The position numbers and the translations under genes are program-made. A stretch of 64,000 nucleotides of DNA, taken from positions 70,161 through 134,160 of the forward strand of contig JAFUHI010000004.1 of assembly GCA_017468925.1 (NCBI GenBank), read 5' to 3'. This document shows positions 37,726 through 47,086 of this stretch, one piece after another. Position 1 is the first letter of the stretch. Every line of letters begins with the position of its first letter. The notes under the pieces are model-generated. The model saw nothing but the letters and a program-made list of their open reading frames with translations. It ran no database searches and had not been told where the DNA came from. This stretch comes from Bacilli bacterium (lineage in GTDB: Bacteria > Bacillota_I > Bacilli_A > RFN20 > CAG-826).

Positions 37726-38013
37726 TTAGGCTCTTGAAGCGTAAACAGAAACTCTCTTGCCTTTCTTGCCGACTCTTTCGTATTTGACAAAACCATCGGT
37801 CAAGGCATAAAGGGTGTCATCTTTTCCCAAACCAACGTTCTCACCAGGTTTGATCTTGGTTCCGCGTTGACGATAGATGATATTTCCGGCTTTGCAAGCT
37901 TGCCCATCGCCTAATTTGGCTCCGAGTCTGCGGCCAGCTGAATCACGTCCGTTCTTTGTGCTTGAGACACCTTTTTTAGAAGCGAATTGCTGTAAATCAA
38001 TAATGAATTTCAT
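37726..38013 (-). CDS. rpmA: 50S ribosomal protein L27 (with cleavable N-terminal extension)
   Basis: 95 aa. [11 protein letters not shown]|[14 protein letters not shown].. carries the Firmicutes Prp cleavage motif (F-A|S). Confidence 0.93.
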   Translation of the reverse strand: MKFIIDLQQFASKKGVSSTKNGRDSAGRRLGAKLGDGQACKAGNIIYRQRGTKIKPGENVGLGKDDTLYALTDGFVKYERVGKKGKRVSVYASRA

Positions 38014-38315
38014 TTGCGATTTTTCCTTTCTAGTCTAACTTCTTCTCCATAAGATTTGGCTAGACATTCAATTTGAGTCGTAATCGTCTCGATTACAATG
38101 GCGTCGTGCTCACTAATCTCACCAGTTGCTTCCAAATAGAAGTATCCATCTTTGTCTTCGTAGACGTACTTATCATCTTTTAATGCGTTTGCGCCGCATT
38201 TTATGATGGCGGACACCGCAGCACACACAAGGCTTTCGCCTTTGATGCCGGCATGCCCCTTGGCCTCAAATGAGACAAATGAATTATTTCTGGTGATTAA
38301 TGTAATTTTTACCAT
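38010..38315 (-). CDS. prp: ribosomal-processing cysteine protease Prp
   Basis: 101 aa lying between rplU and rpmA, with ..KGHAG......VCAAVSA.. (His/Cys dyad). Confidence 0.85.
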   Translation of the reverse strand: MVKITLITRNNSFVSFEAKGHAGIKGESLVCAAVSAIIKCGANALKDDKYVYEDKDGYFYLEATGEISEHDAIVIETITTQIECLAKSYGEEVRLERKNRK

Positions 38316-38623
38316 TAGGCGTTAATCGATTTGATTACTAAGCAGGTGTATGGCTGACGATGTCCAGCTTTCCTGCGAACATTTGCCTTGGCTTTGTATT
38401 TGTAGATGACAAGTTTCTCGCCTTTGCCGTGTTTTTCAACTTTGGCAACAACGGAAGCACCCTCTACATACGGCTTACCAATGATGGTTTTCTCACCGCC
38501 GACAAATACGACTTTGTCCAAGGTAACGTCTTTTCCTTCTTTGGCATCAAGCTTTTCGACATAGATTCTGTCTCCGACAGAAACTTTGATTTGCTTTCCA
38601 CCAGTTACTACGATGGCGTACAT
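38315..38623 (-). CDS. rplU: 50S ribosomal protein L21
   Basis: 102 aa starting [18 protein letters not shown].., with ..KAGHRQPYT... Confidence 0.93.
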   Translation of the reverse strand: MYAIVVTGGKQIKVSVGDRIYVEKLDAKEGKDVTLDKVVFVGGEKTIIGKPYVEGASVVAKVEKHGKGEKLVIYKYKAKANVRRKAGHRQPYTCLVIKSINA

Positions 38624-38767
38624 GTGTTTCCTCCTTTTCTGCTAATGACTCGCTCTAGGGGCCTATGATTATTTCGCATAAGTTATGTGCCCAGTTCAAT
38701 GCGGTTGTAGCCCAAGAAAACAGGGCAACAACGAGTGTAATATACACTCAAAAAGGACTTTAGACAA
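38624..38767 (-). promoter_or_regulatory. rplU promoter plus structured ~109-nt leader (L21-leader-like candidate)
   Basis: Minus strand has -35 TTGTCT (38767-38762), a 17-nt spacer, and an extended -10 TG-TATATT (38744-38739). The leader contains the hairpin GTTGTTGCCC..GGGCTACAAC, the CGCAT..ATGCG pairing, and a possible closing pair ACTCG..CGAGT. Confidence 0.4.
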
Positions 38768-38780
38768 GCAAAATAATAAA

Positions 38781-39455
38781 TTATTTGAGCAAACCGTGAT
38801 CTTTAAATGAAAATCTCCTCTTTTTGCAATGAATTATATTATCAAGCAGTTCAATATTCAGGACTTTTGTTTTTCTTATCAGGACATTGGTTATTTCAAG
38901 GTCTTCTTTGCTGGGTCTGGCGTTTCCTGATGGGTGGTTGTGCAAAATAATATATTTGGATGCTTTTGAGGCAACTAAATGCTTTAAAACCTCGTCAATC
39001 AAAACGTTTGTGTGCTCTACCTCGCCTTCAACAACGTATTTATTGATCAATTTGTTCTGTCTATTCAAAGAAAGAACGCACAAAAATTCCTTTTCGATTG
39101 ACAAAGTTTCTTTAACGAATTGATCGAAGGTATTGTATTTAAGAATTATCGCATCATTGAAGTGCAATTCGTAAAGCCTTTTAGACAATTCAACAACTGC
39201 TTTTAACTTTAGTGAACGTTGGAAACCAATGCCTTTGATCCTTGAAAAAGAAGACAAAGGACTGTTTATTAATCCGTTTAGGCCGCCCAATTGAGAAATA
39301 ATCTCGGTAGCGATGCTTATTGAATTGTTGTTTTTCGTGCCGCTACCGATGATTATCGCTAATAATTCTATGTTATTGAGATTCTCAATCCCTAATAGTT
39401 TTGCTTTTTCCCTTGGCTGGACTTCTTTCGGCAATAAGTCACTTCTCATTTCCAC
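38781..39455 (-). CDS. radC: RadC-family JAB/MPN domain protein
   Basis: 224 aa with an N-terminal HhH region and the ..ILHNHPSGNARPSKEDLEIT.. JAMM-like motif. Confidence 0.85.
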   Translation of the reverse strand: MEMRSDLLPKEVQPREKAKLLGIENLNNIELLAIIIGSGTKNNNSISIATEIISQLGGLNGLINSPLSSFSRIKGIGFQRSLKLKAVVELSKRLYELHFNDAIILKYNTFDQFVKETLSIEKEFLCVLSLNRQNKLINKYVVEGEVEHTNVLIDEVLKHLVASKASKYIILHNHPSGNARPSKEDLEITNVLIRKTKVLNIELLDNIIHCKKRRFSFKDHGLLK

Positions 39456-39628
39456 TCGAAAGCATAGCCGCCAGGAAGTTTTGCGCTTCCTTTGTCGCTC
39501 TTAAACATCTTATAACAGACAATGGCAACTATTGCTATAACTAAAATTGCCATTACGGCTGCGATGGTGAAACCCTCACCTGGAACAATAAGTTCTTTTT
39601 CTTGTTCGTTTAATAAAACACCATTCAT
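39446..39628 (-). CDS. small single-pass membrane protein (hypothetical)
   Basis: 60 aa with one TM helix (FTIAAVMAILVIAIVAIVCY). A strong AGGAGG SD lies 7 nt upstream. 10-nt overlap with radC. Confidence 0.55.
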   Translation of the reverse strand: MNGVLLNEQEKELIVPGEGFTIAAVMAILVIAIVAIVCYKMFKSDKGSAKLPGGYAFEWK

Positions 39629-39719
39629 AAAATATCCTCCTGCCTCTTATACATAGAAAAAGGATATTTTTTCGTTCATTTTTTTAAAAAATTAATTTGG
39701 TAAGGGTTTTGCAAGGATT

Positions 39720-42299
39720 TTAATTGAAAGAGGCTAATTTTTCCTCAACTGTTTTGAGTTTTTCTTTGTTGATTCTGTCTTTTTCTCTTTCTTCTTCAAC
39801 CTTAGCAGTCGGGGCTTTGGAGACAAATCCAGGATTCGAAAGCATCTTGGTGGTTCTTGCAATTTCGCCCTCTAGTCTTGCTTTTTCCTCTTTGAGTTTC
39901 GCTAGCAAGACATCACGATCAACATCCTCCTCGATTGACATTTCAAAACCGTCATAGATAAAGGTTTGACCATCAAGTTTATCTTTGGTGATGGCAATGG
40001 ATGAAGCAAAGGAAAAACGAGCAAGATATTCGCTTGAGCCTTCAAAAGGTTCTTTTGGAGAGATGAGCAATCTTACTTTAGCGTTCGGGGCCAAAGAGTT
40101 CTCGCTCTTGTAGTTGCGGATGTCTTTTATCATTTCTTCCAAAGCGCCTTCTTTTGTTTCGGCTTCTTTGTTGATGAATTCTTTTTCTACGCTTGGGTAT
40201 GATTCAAGGCAGACACTATCCAAATGCATTGGTAGAGATAAATATAATTCTTCCCCAACAAATGGAGCATAAGGATAGATCATCAAGATTATCGAGCGCA
40301 TTACTTTATAAAGCACGTTTTTAGTAACAAGAGATCCTTCATCGTTTTTGCTCAAAGATATTTTGGAGAATTCTAGATAATTGCTGCAGAAATCATCATA
40401 GACAAAATCAAATAAGATAGATGATGCTGTACCAAATTGATATTCATCCATCGATTTGCCCATCGAGGCGATTACCTTCTGCAATTTTGATAAAATAGAT
40501 GCATCTAAAACGCTTAACTTGCTCTTATCTATCTTGCTTGGGATAAAATCATCTCCCAAAACACCTTCAACATATCTAGTCGCATTCCATATTTTATTTA
40601 AATAGCTTTCTGAAGAGGCGACCTTCTCTTCGATGTATCTCATATCCTGCCCTGGGGTGCAATTTGTCGTGATGAAATAACGGAGAGCATCAACTCCATA
40701 TTTCTCAATCACATCAATTGGATCAACCCCGTTGTTGAGGCTCTTTGACATCTTTTTTCCCTGCGAATCCCGTACCAATCCATGAATTACAACATCTTTG
40801 AAGGGGATATTGTTCGTAAAGTGCAACGATTGGAATATCATTCTCGATACCCAGAAGAATATGATGTCGTAGCCTGTTACTAGGCAGCTGGTCGGGAAGT
40901 ATCTTGAATAATCTTTCTCGCCATTTGGCCAACCCATCGTGGCAAAAGGCCATAATCCAGATGAGAACCATGTATCAAGAACATCTTCGTCTTGATGGTA
41001 TTTGCTCATATCCGGCTCGGTTTCGGAAACTAGAACTTCACCAGTCTCGTTATTGTAATAGGCTGGTATTCTATGTCCCCACCATAGTTGTCTAGAAATG
41101 CACCAATCATCGACATCATTCATCCAATTGAGAAGGACATTTTCAAAACGGGATGGAACGAAATTTACTTTATTGTCTGTTTTCTGATTTTCGATGACTC
41201 TTTCTGCGAGCGGCTTCATTTTTACGAACCATTGTTTAGAAAGCATCGGTTCGACAACCGCATCGCTTCTTTCGCTATGCCCGACTTCGTGAACGATATC
41301 TTCTATATGATCAAGGTGACCGTTTTTCTTTATATCTTCAACTAGCTGTTTTCTGCATTCATATCTATCTAACCCGCAGTATTTTCCGGCTTTTTCATTC
41401 ATCTTAGCCTCTTCATCTAGGCATTTGATGAATTGGAATCCGTATTTCTTACCTAGCATAAAGTCATTAGGATCATGTGCTGGCGTACATTTCATCGCTC
41501 CAGTTCCAAACTCTAAATCAACATAGGGATCTGCCATAAGAGGAATTTCTTCTCCATTTGCAGGGTTGATGACCTTTTTGCCGACCAAATGTTTGTATCT
41601 TTTGTCTTTTGGATTGACGAAAACTGCAGTATCTCCAAACATTGTTTCTGGTCTAGTCGTGGCAACGATTAAATGCTCATCAGTTCCCACTACATCGTAT
41701 TTGAAATAATAGAACTGACCTTTGTCTTCTTTGTGGACGACTTCGATGTTCGATAAGGCGGTTTTTAAAACTGGGTCCCAGTTGATTATCTTTTCGCCTT
41801 GATAGATTAGTCCTTCATTATATAAGGTGACGAAAACGTGTTTAACCGCTTCATTGAGCCCTTCATCTAAAGTGAATCTTTCTCTGGTGTAATCGACTGA
41901 AAGTCCTAAAGAAGCCCATTGGGTATGAATTGTTTTGGCGTATTCATCTTTCCATTCCCAGACTTTTTCAAGGAACTTCTCTCGTCCTAATTCGTAACGG
42001 TTTAAGCCTTGTCGTCTTAATTTTTCTTCTACTTTGGCTTGGGTTGCGATTCCTGCGTGGTCCATCCCAGGGAGCCAAAGGACATCATATCCTTTCATCC
42101 TTTTATAACGGCAAATGATATCTTGATTTGTGGTGTCGATGACATGGCCTAAATGTAATTTACCAGTGACATTTGGTGGAGGAATTACCATAGAGAAAGC
42201 GGGTTTGGAATTATCTCCAGCGGTAAAATATCCGCCTTTAACCCATTTCTCGTATTTGCCGCTTTCGACTTTTTTGTGATCGTAATGTTTGTCTAGCAT
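39720..42299 (-). CDS. valS: valine--tRNA ligase
   Basis: Class Ia aaRS with PPPNVTGKLHLGH (HIGH), KMSKS and a C-terminal coiled coil. ATG 42299 (MLDKHYDHKK..) has an AGGAGG SD. The longer track ORF runs into the T-box leader. Confidence 0.93.
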   Translation of the reverse strand: MLDKHYDHKKVESGKYEKWVKGGYFTAGDNSKPAFSMVIPPPNVTGKLHLGHVIDTTNQDIICRYKRMKGYDVLWLPGMDHAGIATQAKVEEKLRRQGLNRYELGREKFLEKVWEWKDEYAKTIHTQWASLGLSVDYTRERFTLDEGLNEAVKHVFVTLYNEGLIYQGEKIINWDPVLKTALSNIEVVHKEDKGQFYYFKYDVVGTDEHLIVATTRPETMFGDTAVFVNPKDKRYKHLVGKKVINPANGEEIPLMADPYVDLEFGTGAMKCTPAHDPNDFMLGKKYGFQFIKCLDEEAKMNEKAGKYCGLDRYECRKQLVEDIKKNGHLDHIEDIVHEVGHSERSDAVVEPMLSKQWFVKMKPLAERVIENQKTDNKVNFVPSRFENVLLNWMNDVDDWCISRQLWWGHRIPAYYNNETGEVLVSETEPDMSKYHQDEDVLDTWFSSGLWPFATMGWPNGEKDYSRYFPTSCLVTGYDIIFFWVSRMIFQSLHFTNNIPFKDVVIHGLVRDSQGKKMSKSLNNGVDPIDVIEKYGVDALRYFITTNCTPGQDMRYIEEKVASSESYLNKIWNATRYVEGVLGDDFIPSKIDKSKLSVLDASILSKLQKVIASMGKSMDEYQFGTASSILFDFVYDDFCSNYLEFSKISLSKNDEGSLVTKNVLYKVMRSIILMIYPYAPFVGEELYLSLPMHLDSVCLESYPSVEKEFINKEAETKEGALEEMIKDIRNYKSENSLAPNAKVRLLISPKEPFEGSSEYLARFSFASSIAITKDKLDGQTFIYDGFEMSIEEDVDRDVLLAKLKEEKARLEGEIARTTKMLSNPGFVSKAPTAKVEEEREKDRINKEKLKTVEEKLASFN

Positions 42300-42302
42300 A
42301 TT

Positions 42303-42500
42303 TGACCTCCTAGAAAAATAAAACGCCCCATATTGGGACGCGGCGCGTGGTACCACCCAATTTCCTAAGAAATCTTAGACACTCTTTTCCGGTATCGGCG
42401 GATTCCGTTTCTCTCCTTTGACGACTCACGGATTCCTCATAGCCTGCTTTCACCTGCCCAGGCTCTCTAATTATGAGAAGGTTCCGATCCCTCCAAATTC
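42303..42500 (-). promoter_or_regulatory. T-box riboswitch leader (valine-type) of valS
   Basis: Minus strand shows:
- The Stem I AG bulge and distal loop, AGAGAGCCTGGGCAGGTGAAAGCAGGCT.
- GUN triplets followed by A (GTGA, GTCA) in GAATCCGTGAGTCGTCAAAGG.
- The conserved T-box AAATTGGGTGGTACCACGCG (42363-42344).
- A terminator, CGTCCCA-ATA-TGGGGCG plus TTTTATTTTT (about 42340-42312). Confidence 0.88.
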
Positions 42501-42543
42501 CTCGAGACAAAACAATTAAAGCACATTTTTAAATGAATACAAA

Positions 42544-43653
42544 TCATTTATTGAATGCAGCGACGATTATTCTTCTTTCTCTCTCATCCATTCCGGCATG
42601 ATGACCTTTTAAAATCCTGATATTGCATGGATATGTTGAGCTAAAGAAACAATCTGGTCCATCGATCAATGCGACATAATCTCCTAGTCTATCCGCATTC
42701 TTGGGATTTGGCTCACCGATGCCAAAATATGAAGACGAAAGGATTTCTTCTTTTGTGTATAAAGTTGCCTCGAATGAGAAATGCTTCAAGAAGGCTTTTT
42801 TAAATTCTTCTTCTTTGCCTGGCTTCAATTTGAATGATGGGCATCTAGAATCCAAGAATGGCGTGCAATCAAGGCAATTATCTATATCAGGATATTGGGC
42901 TAGGTCTCTATATTGGACATCAATCATTCCATGATCTGCGATAACCAAGACCAAGACATCTTTGTTTTTCTTGGAGAACTTTTCAACTTGGCGCCTGCAT
43001 TTCCTGATTACTTTTTGCACATGATGGTTTTTAACCCCATAGGAATGCAATGTTGCGTCGGGGTCTGGCCAATAAACGTAGGCGAAATCTCCGCCGTTTT
43101 TCATAAAATCACCGCAAATTGAGGCTATTTTAGAAATTTTAAGTTTTCCTTTGTGTTCGCCTACGAATGGAGAAATGATTTTTGCGTTATGCCCTTTTTC
43201 ATTTATCAATTCGACGATGTTTTTATATGGCATATCTCTTTTGCCTTTATCTTTCACCGCTAAATCTTCTCCAGTGACAAAGCTTCTGCTTCTAAGGATT
43301 TCAATCGGGAAGCCCTCTTCTTCGTCATATAGGCTCCAACCTAGCCAGCCTGTCTCTATAGGGTATTTGCCGCTTAGGAAGGAGGTTGTCGCTGCCGCTG
43401 TCGTGGCGGGGTTAACAGAATAAATTGACAATACTTTGTTATTTAGCATCCATCCGCTTACTTTTTTATTTTGTTCAATAACGTATTCGCCTAGTCCATC
43501 AAAAAGGAAAACCACTACTTTCTTCTTGTTCTGGAGCAATTCATCTATCGCTTCAATTCCTGGATGAAATTGTTCTACGTCGAAATGTTTTAAAATTGAA
43601 TTTGATAAACCCACCAAATTGTCTTTGTCGTCTATTCTGATTTTATCTTCCAT
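42544..43653 (-). CDS. alkaline-phosphatase-superfamily protein (phosphodiesterase/nucleotide pyrophosphatase-like)
   Basis: 369 aa with ..VVFLFDGLG.. (metal/nucleophile region), ..VNPATTAAATTS.. and ..VIADHGM.. motifs. 11-nt overlap with engB. Confidence 0.68.
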   Translation of the reverse strand: MEDKIRIDDKDNLVGLSNSILKHFDVEQFHPGIEAIDELLQNKKKVVVFLFDGLGEYVIEQNKKVSGWMLNNKVLSIYSVNPATTAAATTSFLSGKYPIETGWLGWSLYDEEEGFPIEILRSRSFVTGEDLAVKDKGKRDMPYKNIVELINEKGHNAKIISPFVGEHKGKLKISKIASICGDFMKNGGDFAYVYWPDPDATLHSYGVKNHHVQKVIRKCRRQVEKFSKKNKDVLVLVIADHGMIDVQYRDLAQYPDIDNCLDCTPFLDSRCPSFKLKPGKEEEFKKAFLKHFSFEATLYTKEEILSSSYFGIGEPNPKNADRLGDYVALIDGPDCFFSSTYPCNIRILKGHHAGMDERERRIIVAAFNK

Positions 43654-44230
43654 CTTTTTTGCTTTCTAAATATGCTGCTATTGCTTTGCGGATTTCATCT
43701 GGTCTTTCTTTTGGCGAAGAGAAAAACACTTCTTCAGCGCCGAGTGTTGCACCAAGAGTTTTGGCTTTATACTTCTCGCTTTGATTAGCCTGATCAGCCT
43801 TTGTGAAAACGATAATAAATGGAATGTTTTCTTCTTTTAAAAAAGAAATCATAAGATTATCGTCTTGATTTGGGGTTCTTCTGGTATCAAGAAGCATAAC
43901 TGCGCATTTCAAGAAATCGTTTTGGAAATAATTCTCCATCATTTCAGCGAAATTCTTATCTTCTTTGCTTCCATAGGCTGTATAGCCATATCCTGGAGCG
44001 TCCACCAAATAATACGTTTCGTCCAAAAGGAAATAATTCAAATACTTAGTCTTTCCAGCTTTTTTTGATGAAAAAGCAATCTTTTGGCCGGTCAAAGTAT
44101 TGATCAAAGTGCTTTTGCCTACATTGCTTCGCCCAAGGAAAACAACCTCGTTCTTTTTATCCTTCGGTCGAAAGTCAAGATTGGGGATGCTTATTACGTA
44201 TTTGATTCTCTTCCAGTCAAGCATAGCCAA
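43643..44230 (-). CDS. engB: ribosome biogenesis GTP-binding protein YsxC/EngB
   Basis: 195 aa with GRSNVGKSTLIN, DAPGYGY and TKADQ G-motifs. The lon-ysxC order matches Bacillus. Confidence 0.88.
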   Translation of the reverse strand: MAMLDWKRIKYVISIPNLDFRPKDKKNEVVFLGRSNVGKSTLINTLTGQKIAFSSKKAGKTKYLNYFLLDETYYLVDAPGYGYTAYGSKEDKNFAEMMENYFQNDFLKCAVMLLDTRRTPNQDDNLMISFLKEENIPFIIVFTKADQANQSEKYKAKTLGATLGAEEVFFSSPKERPDEIRKAIAAYLESKKDGR

Positions 44231-44526
44231 ATAATATAAGGGATAGACGTTATTTTGACAACTATAAATTTATTTATCGAAATTTCGGCCATGGATGAAT
44301 TATAATGCTTGAAAATTTCGTCAATCAAAAATAGATTAAAGAATCAATTGTATGTTCATTATTTTTAACAAATGATAGGTAAAATGAAAATCACCCGGAA
44401 TTCCAAATAGAGTAATTGTTGTAATTATATTGGATTTATCGAATCTTTTTGGTTTTCGATGATGAATTTTGCTTCATGAAACCCCACACTTTGCTCCATC
44501 TTTTTCTGTAGTTATTCGAATTGTTA

Positions 44527-44556
44527 TAGAAAAAGAGGCCTATTTCAGACCTCTTC
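44527..44556 (-). terminator. Rho-independent terminator after lon
   Basis: Minus strand reads AGAAGAGGTC-TGAAATA-GGCCTCTT followed by TTTCTAT. Confidence 0.6.
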
Positions 44557-44574
44557 TAAGGACGAACTATTAAT

Positions 44575-46932
44575 CTATTCTGCTTTCTTGTTCAATAATG
44601 CGATTTCCGCCGCATCATCAACTTTCTTCATATAGACTATTTTCAAATTGTCTTTGACTACCTGTGGTAATTCAGAGACATCCTTTTTGTTTTCCTCTGG
44701 GACGATGATGGTTTTGATTCCACAGCGGAGTGCCGCCAAAGATTTCTCTCTTAGTCCACCGATTGGGAGGGCTTGGCCTCTTAAAGTGACTTCGCCAGTC
44801 ATTGCGACATTGTTATCGCAATATGTATGGGTTAGGCAAGAGATTATGGCACAAGTTATGGCAACGCCAGCGCTTGGACCATCTTTTGGGACAGCGCCTT
44901 CAGGGAAATGGATATGAATATCATTTTTCTGGAAAATCTCATCATCGATCCCGTATTTTTTGGCATTTGCTCTTACGTAATCGATTGCGATCATCGCACT
45001 TTCCTTCATGACATCGCCTAATTTACCCGTTAAGACAAGTCCGCCTTTACCAGGGAAATAAGTCGCTTCAATTGGCAATATATCTCCGCCGAATTCGGTA
45101 TAGGCCATGCCTGTTATTACACCGATTTGAGGTTCTTTCTCTTTCTTGGTGTCTTCGAAAATCTCCACGCCAAGATATTTTTTAACTTGCTCCTCATCGA
45201 TAACTATAGGTCTTTTTGTTTCGGGATTGCTTAGAATCTCAACAATGGCTTTTCGGCAGCAAGAGGCAATTAATCTTTCAAGTTGTCTTACGCCAGCTTC
45301 TCTGGTGTAGCATTCGATAATCTCTTTGATGCCGCTTTCTTCGAAGACGATATCGCCCTCCTTGATTCCATTTGCCTCGGATTGTTTTTTGACAAGGAAG
45401 TCACAAGCAATCTTCACCTTTTCCGGCTCGGTATAGCTAGGAACTTCGATAAGCTCCAATCTATCCCTTAAAGGACCAGGCACATTTTCAATGTAGTTCG
45501 CGGTGCATAGGAATAGAACTTCGCTTAAATCGTATGGTTCTTCCAAATAATTGTCGTTAAAGGCGGAGTTTTGCTCCGGATCCAAGACTTCTAGCATCGC
45601 GCTGGCAGGGTCGCCATGATATGAGGCGCCTCCCAATTTATCGATTTCATCAAGTAAGAAAACTGGGTTTTTGACACCGACTCTGCTCATGCCTTGTATG
45701 ATGCGTCCTGGCATTGAACCGACGTATGTGCGGCGATGGCCTCTGATTTCGGCTTCGTCAGATATTCCACCCAAGGAGCATTTGAAGAATTTTCTTCCTA
45801 ATGCTCTAGCGATTGATTTGCCTAATGAGGTCTTTCCGCATCCTGGAGGTCCATAGAAGCAAAGGATTGGGGCCTTTAATGATTGGGTCGATTTCTTGAC
45901 CGCTAGATATTCAATGATTCTCTCTTTGACTTTACTCAAGCCGAAATGATCTTCATCAAGAATCGCTCTAGCGTTATTCAAATCCTCGTTGTCATCGGTT
46001 TTTTCAAACCAAGGGACATTCAATAATGTCTCGATGTAATTCATGATGAGAGAACTTTCTAAAGAAGATTCTGGCATCATGTCATATCTTGCCAGTTCTT
46101 TCTTGACTTTGTCTTTGACGTTTTGAGGATATGGGTTCTTTTCGAGCTTTTCTCTAATGGAATCCTCGGAATTTGAGGAATTAGCCCCTTCGCCCAATTC
46201 ATCTTTAATAGCCTTCATTTTCTCGCGAAGGATGTATTCTTTTTGTTGTTTTTCCGCCCTTTCGCGAACGGTGTTATTAATCTTTTGGTCGATTTGGCTA
46301 ATCTCGATTTGCTCATTTAGGTGAGTCAAGACTATCTCAAGTCTTTGATTAACGTCGGTTTCTTTTAGTAAAGTCAGCTTTTGCTCAATGCTTAAAGGAA
46401 GGTATGAGGCAAGCATATCGCTCAATTCATTCGCGGAAATGCCTTTGTTCATCTTTTCCATGAAACTTCTTGGAATATCTCTATCTCTTCCGACTAACGA
46501 GGTGTTCTCAGAGAGCAAATCCATGATTTTTCCGACTAATCTATTTTCTTCTTTCCTATCGCCGAGATTATCTTCAAGAATCGTCGCATCCGCTAAATAA
46601 GTGCCGTCCTTGAAATATACGTTATCAAGGCTGACTCTCTTTGTTCCGATGACTCTTATTCTATAAAGATCTTTGCTTGGGACGAAATTAACGATGCGGC
46701 ATAAAGCGCCGTATTCGCATATATCATTTTGATTTATATCATTCTTTTCAGGATCTTTCTGGCAAGTGATTAACATCAAAGAATTAGTGTTTTCTCTGGA
46801 ATAATCAACCGCTTTAACAGAAAAAGCACGTCCCGCTTCGATGGATTCATCTAAATTAGGAAATACTATCAATCCTCTAGTTACCAATAAAGGCAAGGTC
46901 AGATGGTTATTTGTTTTTGCGTTATCAGCCAT
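44575..46932 (-). CDS. lon: ATP-dependent Lon protease
   Basis: 785 aa with a LON N-domain, AAA+ Walker A GPPGCGKTS, and a protease domain with PKDGPSAGV (the catalytic Ser). Confidence 0.93.
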   Translation of the reverse strand: MADNAKTNNHLTLPLLVTRGLIVFPNLDESIEAGRAFSVKAVDYSRENTNSLMLITCQKDPEKNDINQNDICEYGALCRIVNFVPSKDLYRIRVIGTKRVSLDNVYFKDGTYLADATILEDNLGDRKEENRLVGKIMDLLSENTSLVGRDRDIPRSFMEKMNKGISANELSDMLASYLPLSIEQKLTLLKETDVNQRLEIVLTHLNEQIEISQIDQKINNTVRERAEKQQKEYILREKMKAIKDELGEGANSSNSEDSIREKLEKNPYPQNVKDKVKKELARYDMMPESSLESSLIMNYIETLLNVPWFEKTDDNEDLNNARAILDEDHFGLSKVKERIIEYLAVKKSTQSLKAPILCFYGPPGCGKTSLGKSIARALGRKFFKCSLGGISDEAEIRGHRRTYVGSMPGRIIQGMSRVGVKNPVFLLDEIDKLGGASYHGDPASAMLEVLDPEQNSAFNDNYLEEPYDLSEVLFLCTANYIENVPGPLRDRLELIEVPSYTEPEKVKIACDFLVKKQSEANGIKEGDIVFEESGIKEIIECYTREAGVRQLERLIASCCRKAIVEILSNPETKRPIVIDEEQVKKYLGVEIFEDTKKEKEPQIGVITGMAYTEFGGDILPIEATYFPGKGGLVLTGKLGDVMKESAMIAIDYVRANAKKYGIDDEIFQKNDIHIHFPEGAVPKDGPSAGVAITCAIISCLTHTYCDNNVAMTGEVTLRGQALPIGGLREKSLAALRCGIKTIIVPEENKKDVSELPQVVKDNLKIVYMKKVDDAAEIALLNKKAE

Positions 46933-46968
46933 AATTTCCTCCTCATGACTTTGTCATATTTCACACTT

Positions 46969-46995
46969 TTAGCAGTCTAGTTTACCGTGTGCTAA
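46969..46995 (-). promoter_or_regulatory. CIRCE operator 1 (HrcA site) at the lon transcription start region
   Basis: TTAGCAGTC-N9-GTGTGCTAA against the consensus TTAGCACTC-N9-GAGTGCTAA, with one mismatch per arm. Confidence 0.75.
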
Positions 46996-47000
46996 TCATT

Positions 47001-47028
47001 ATTATACGGAAAGGTTTAGCACTGTCAA
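47001..47028 (-). promoter_or_regulatory. sigma-A promoter of lon
   Basis: Minus strand has TTGACA (47028-47023), a 16-nt spacer and TATAAT (47006-47001). Both hexamers match the consensus. Confidence 0.7.
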
Positions 47029-47042
47029 TACTTTAGTGCTAA
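47016..47042 (-). promoter_or_regulatory. CIRCE operator 2 overlapping the lon -35 element
   Basis: TTAGCACTG-N9-TAGTGCTAA, with one mismatch per arm. The N9 spacer contains the -35 hexamer. Confidence 0.78.
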
Positions 47043-47086
47043 ACCAGTCATATTTGCATTTTTCCGTATTTTTTTAGATAAGAAGA

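Noticed and set aside
42310-42510. 66-aa minus-strand ORF upstream of valS, and the N-terminal extension of the valS track ORF.
   Set aside because: The region is a T-box riboswitch leader with its conserved box and terminator. The real valS start is ATG 42299, which has an AGGAGG SD.
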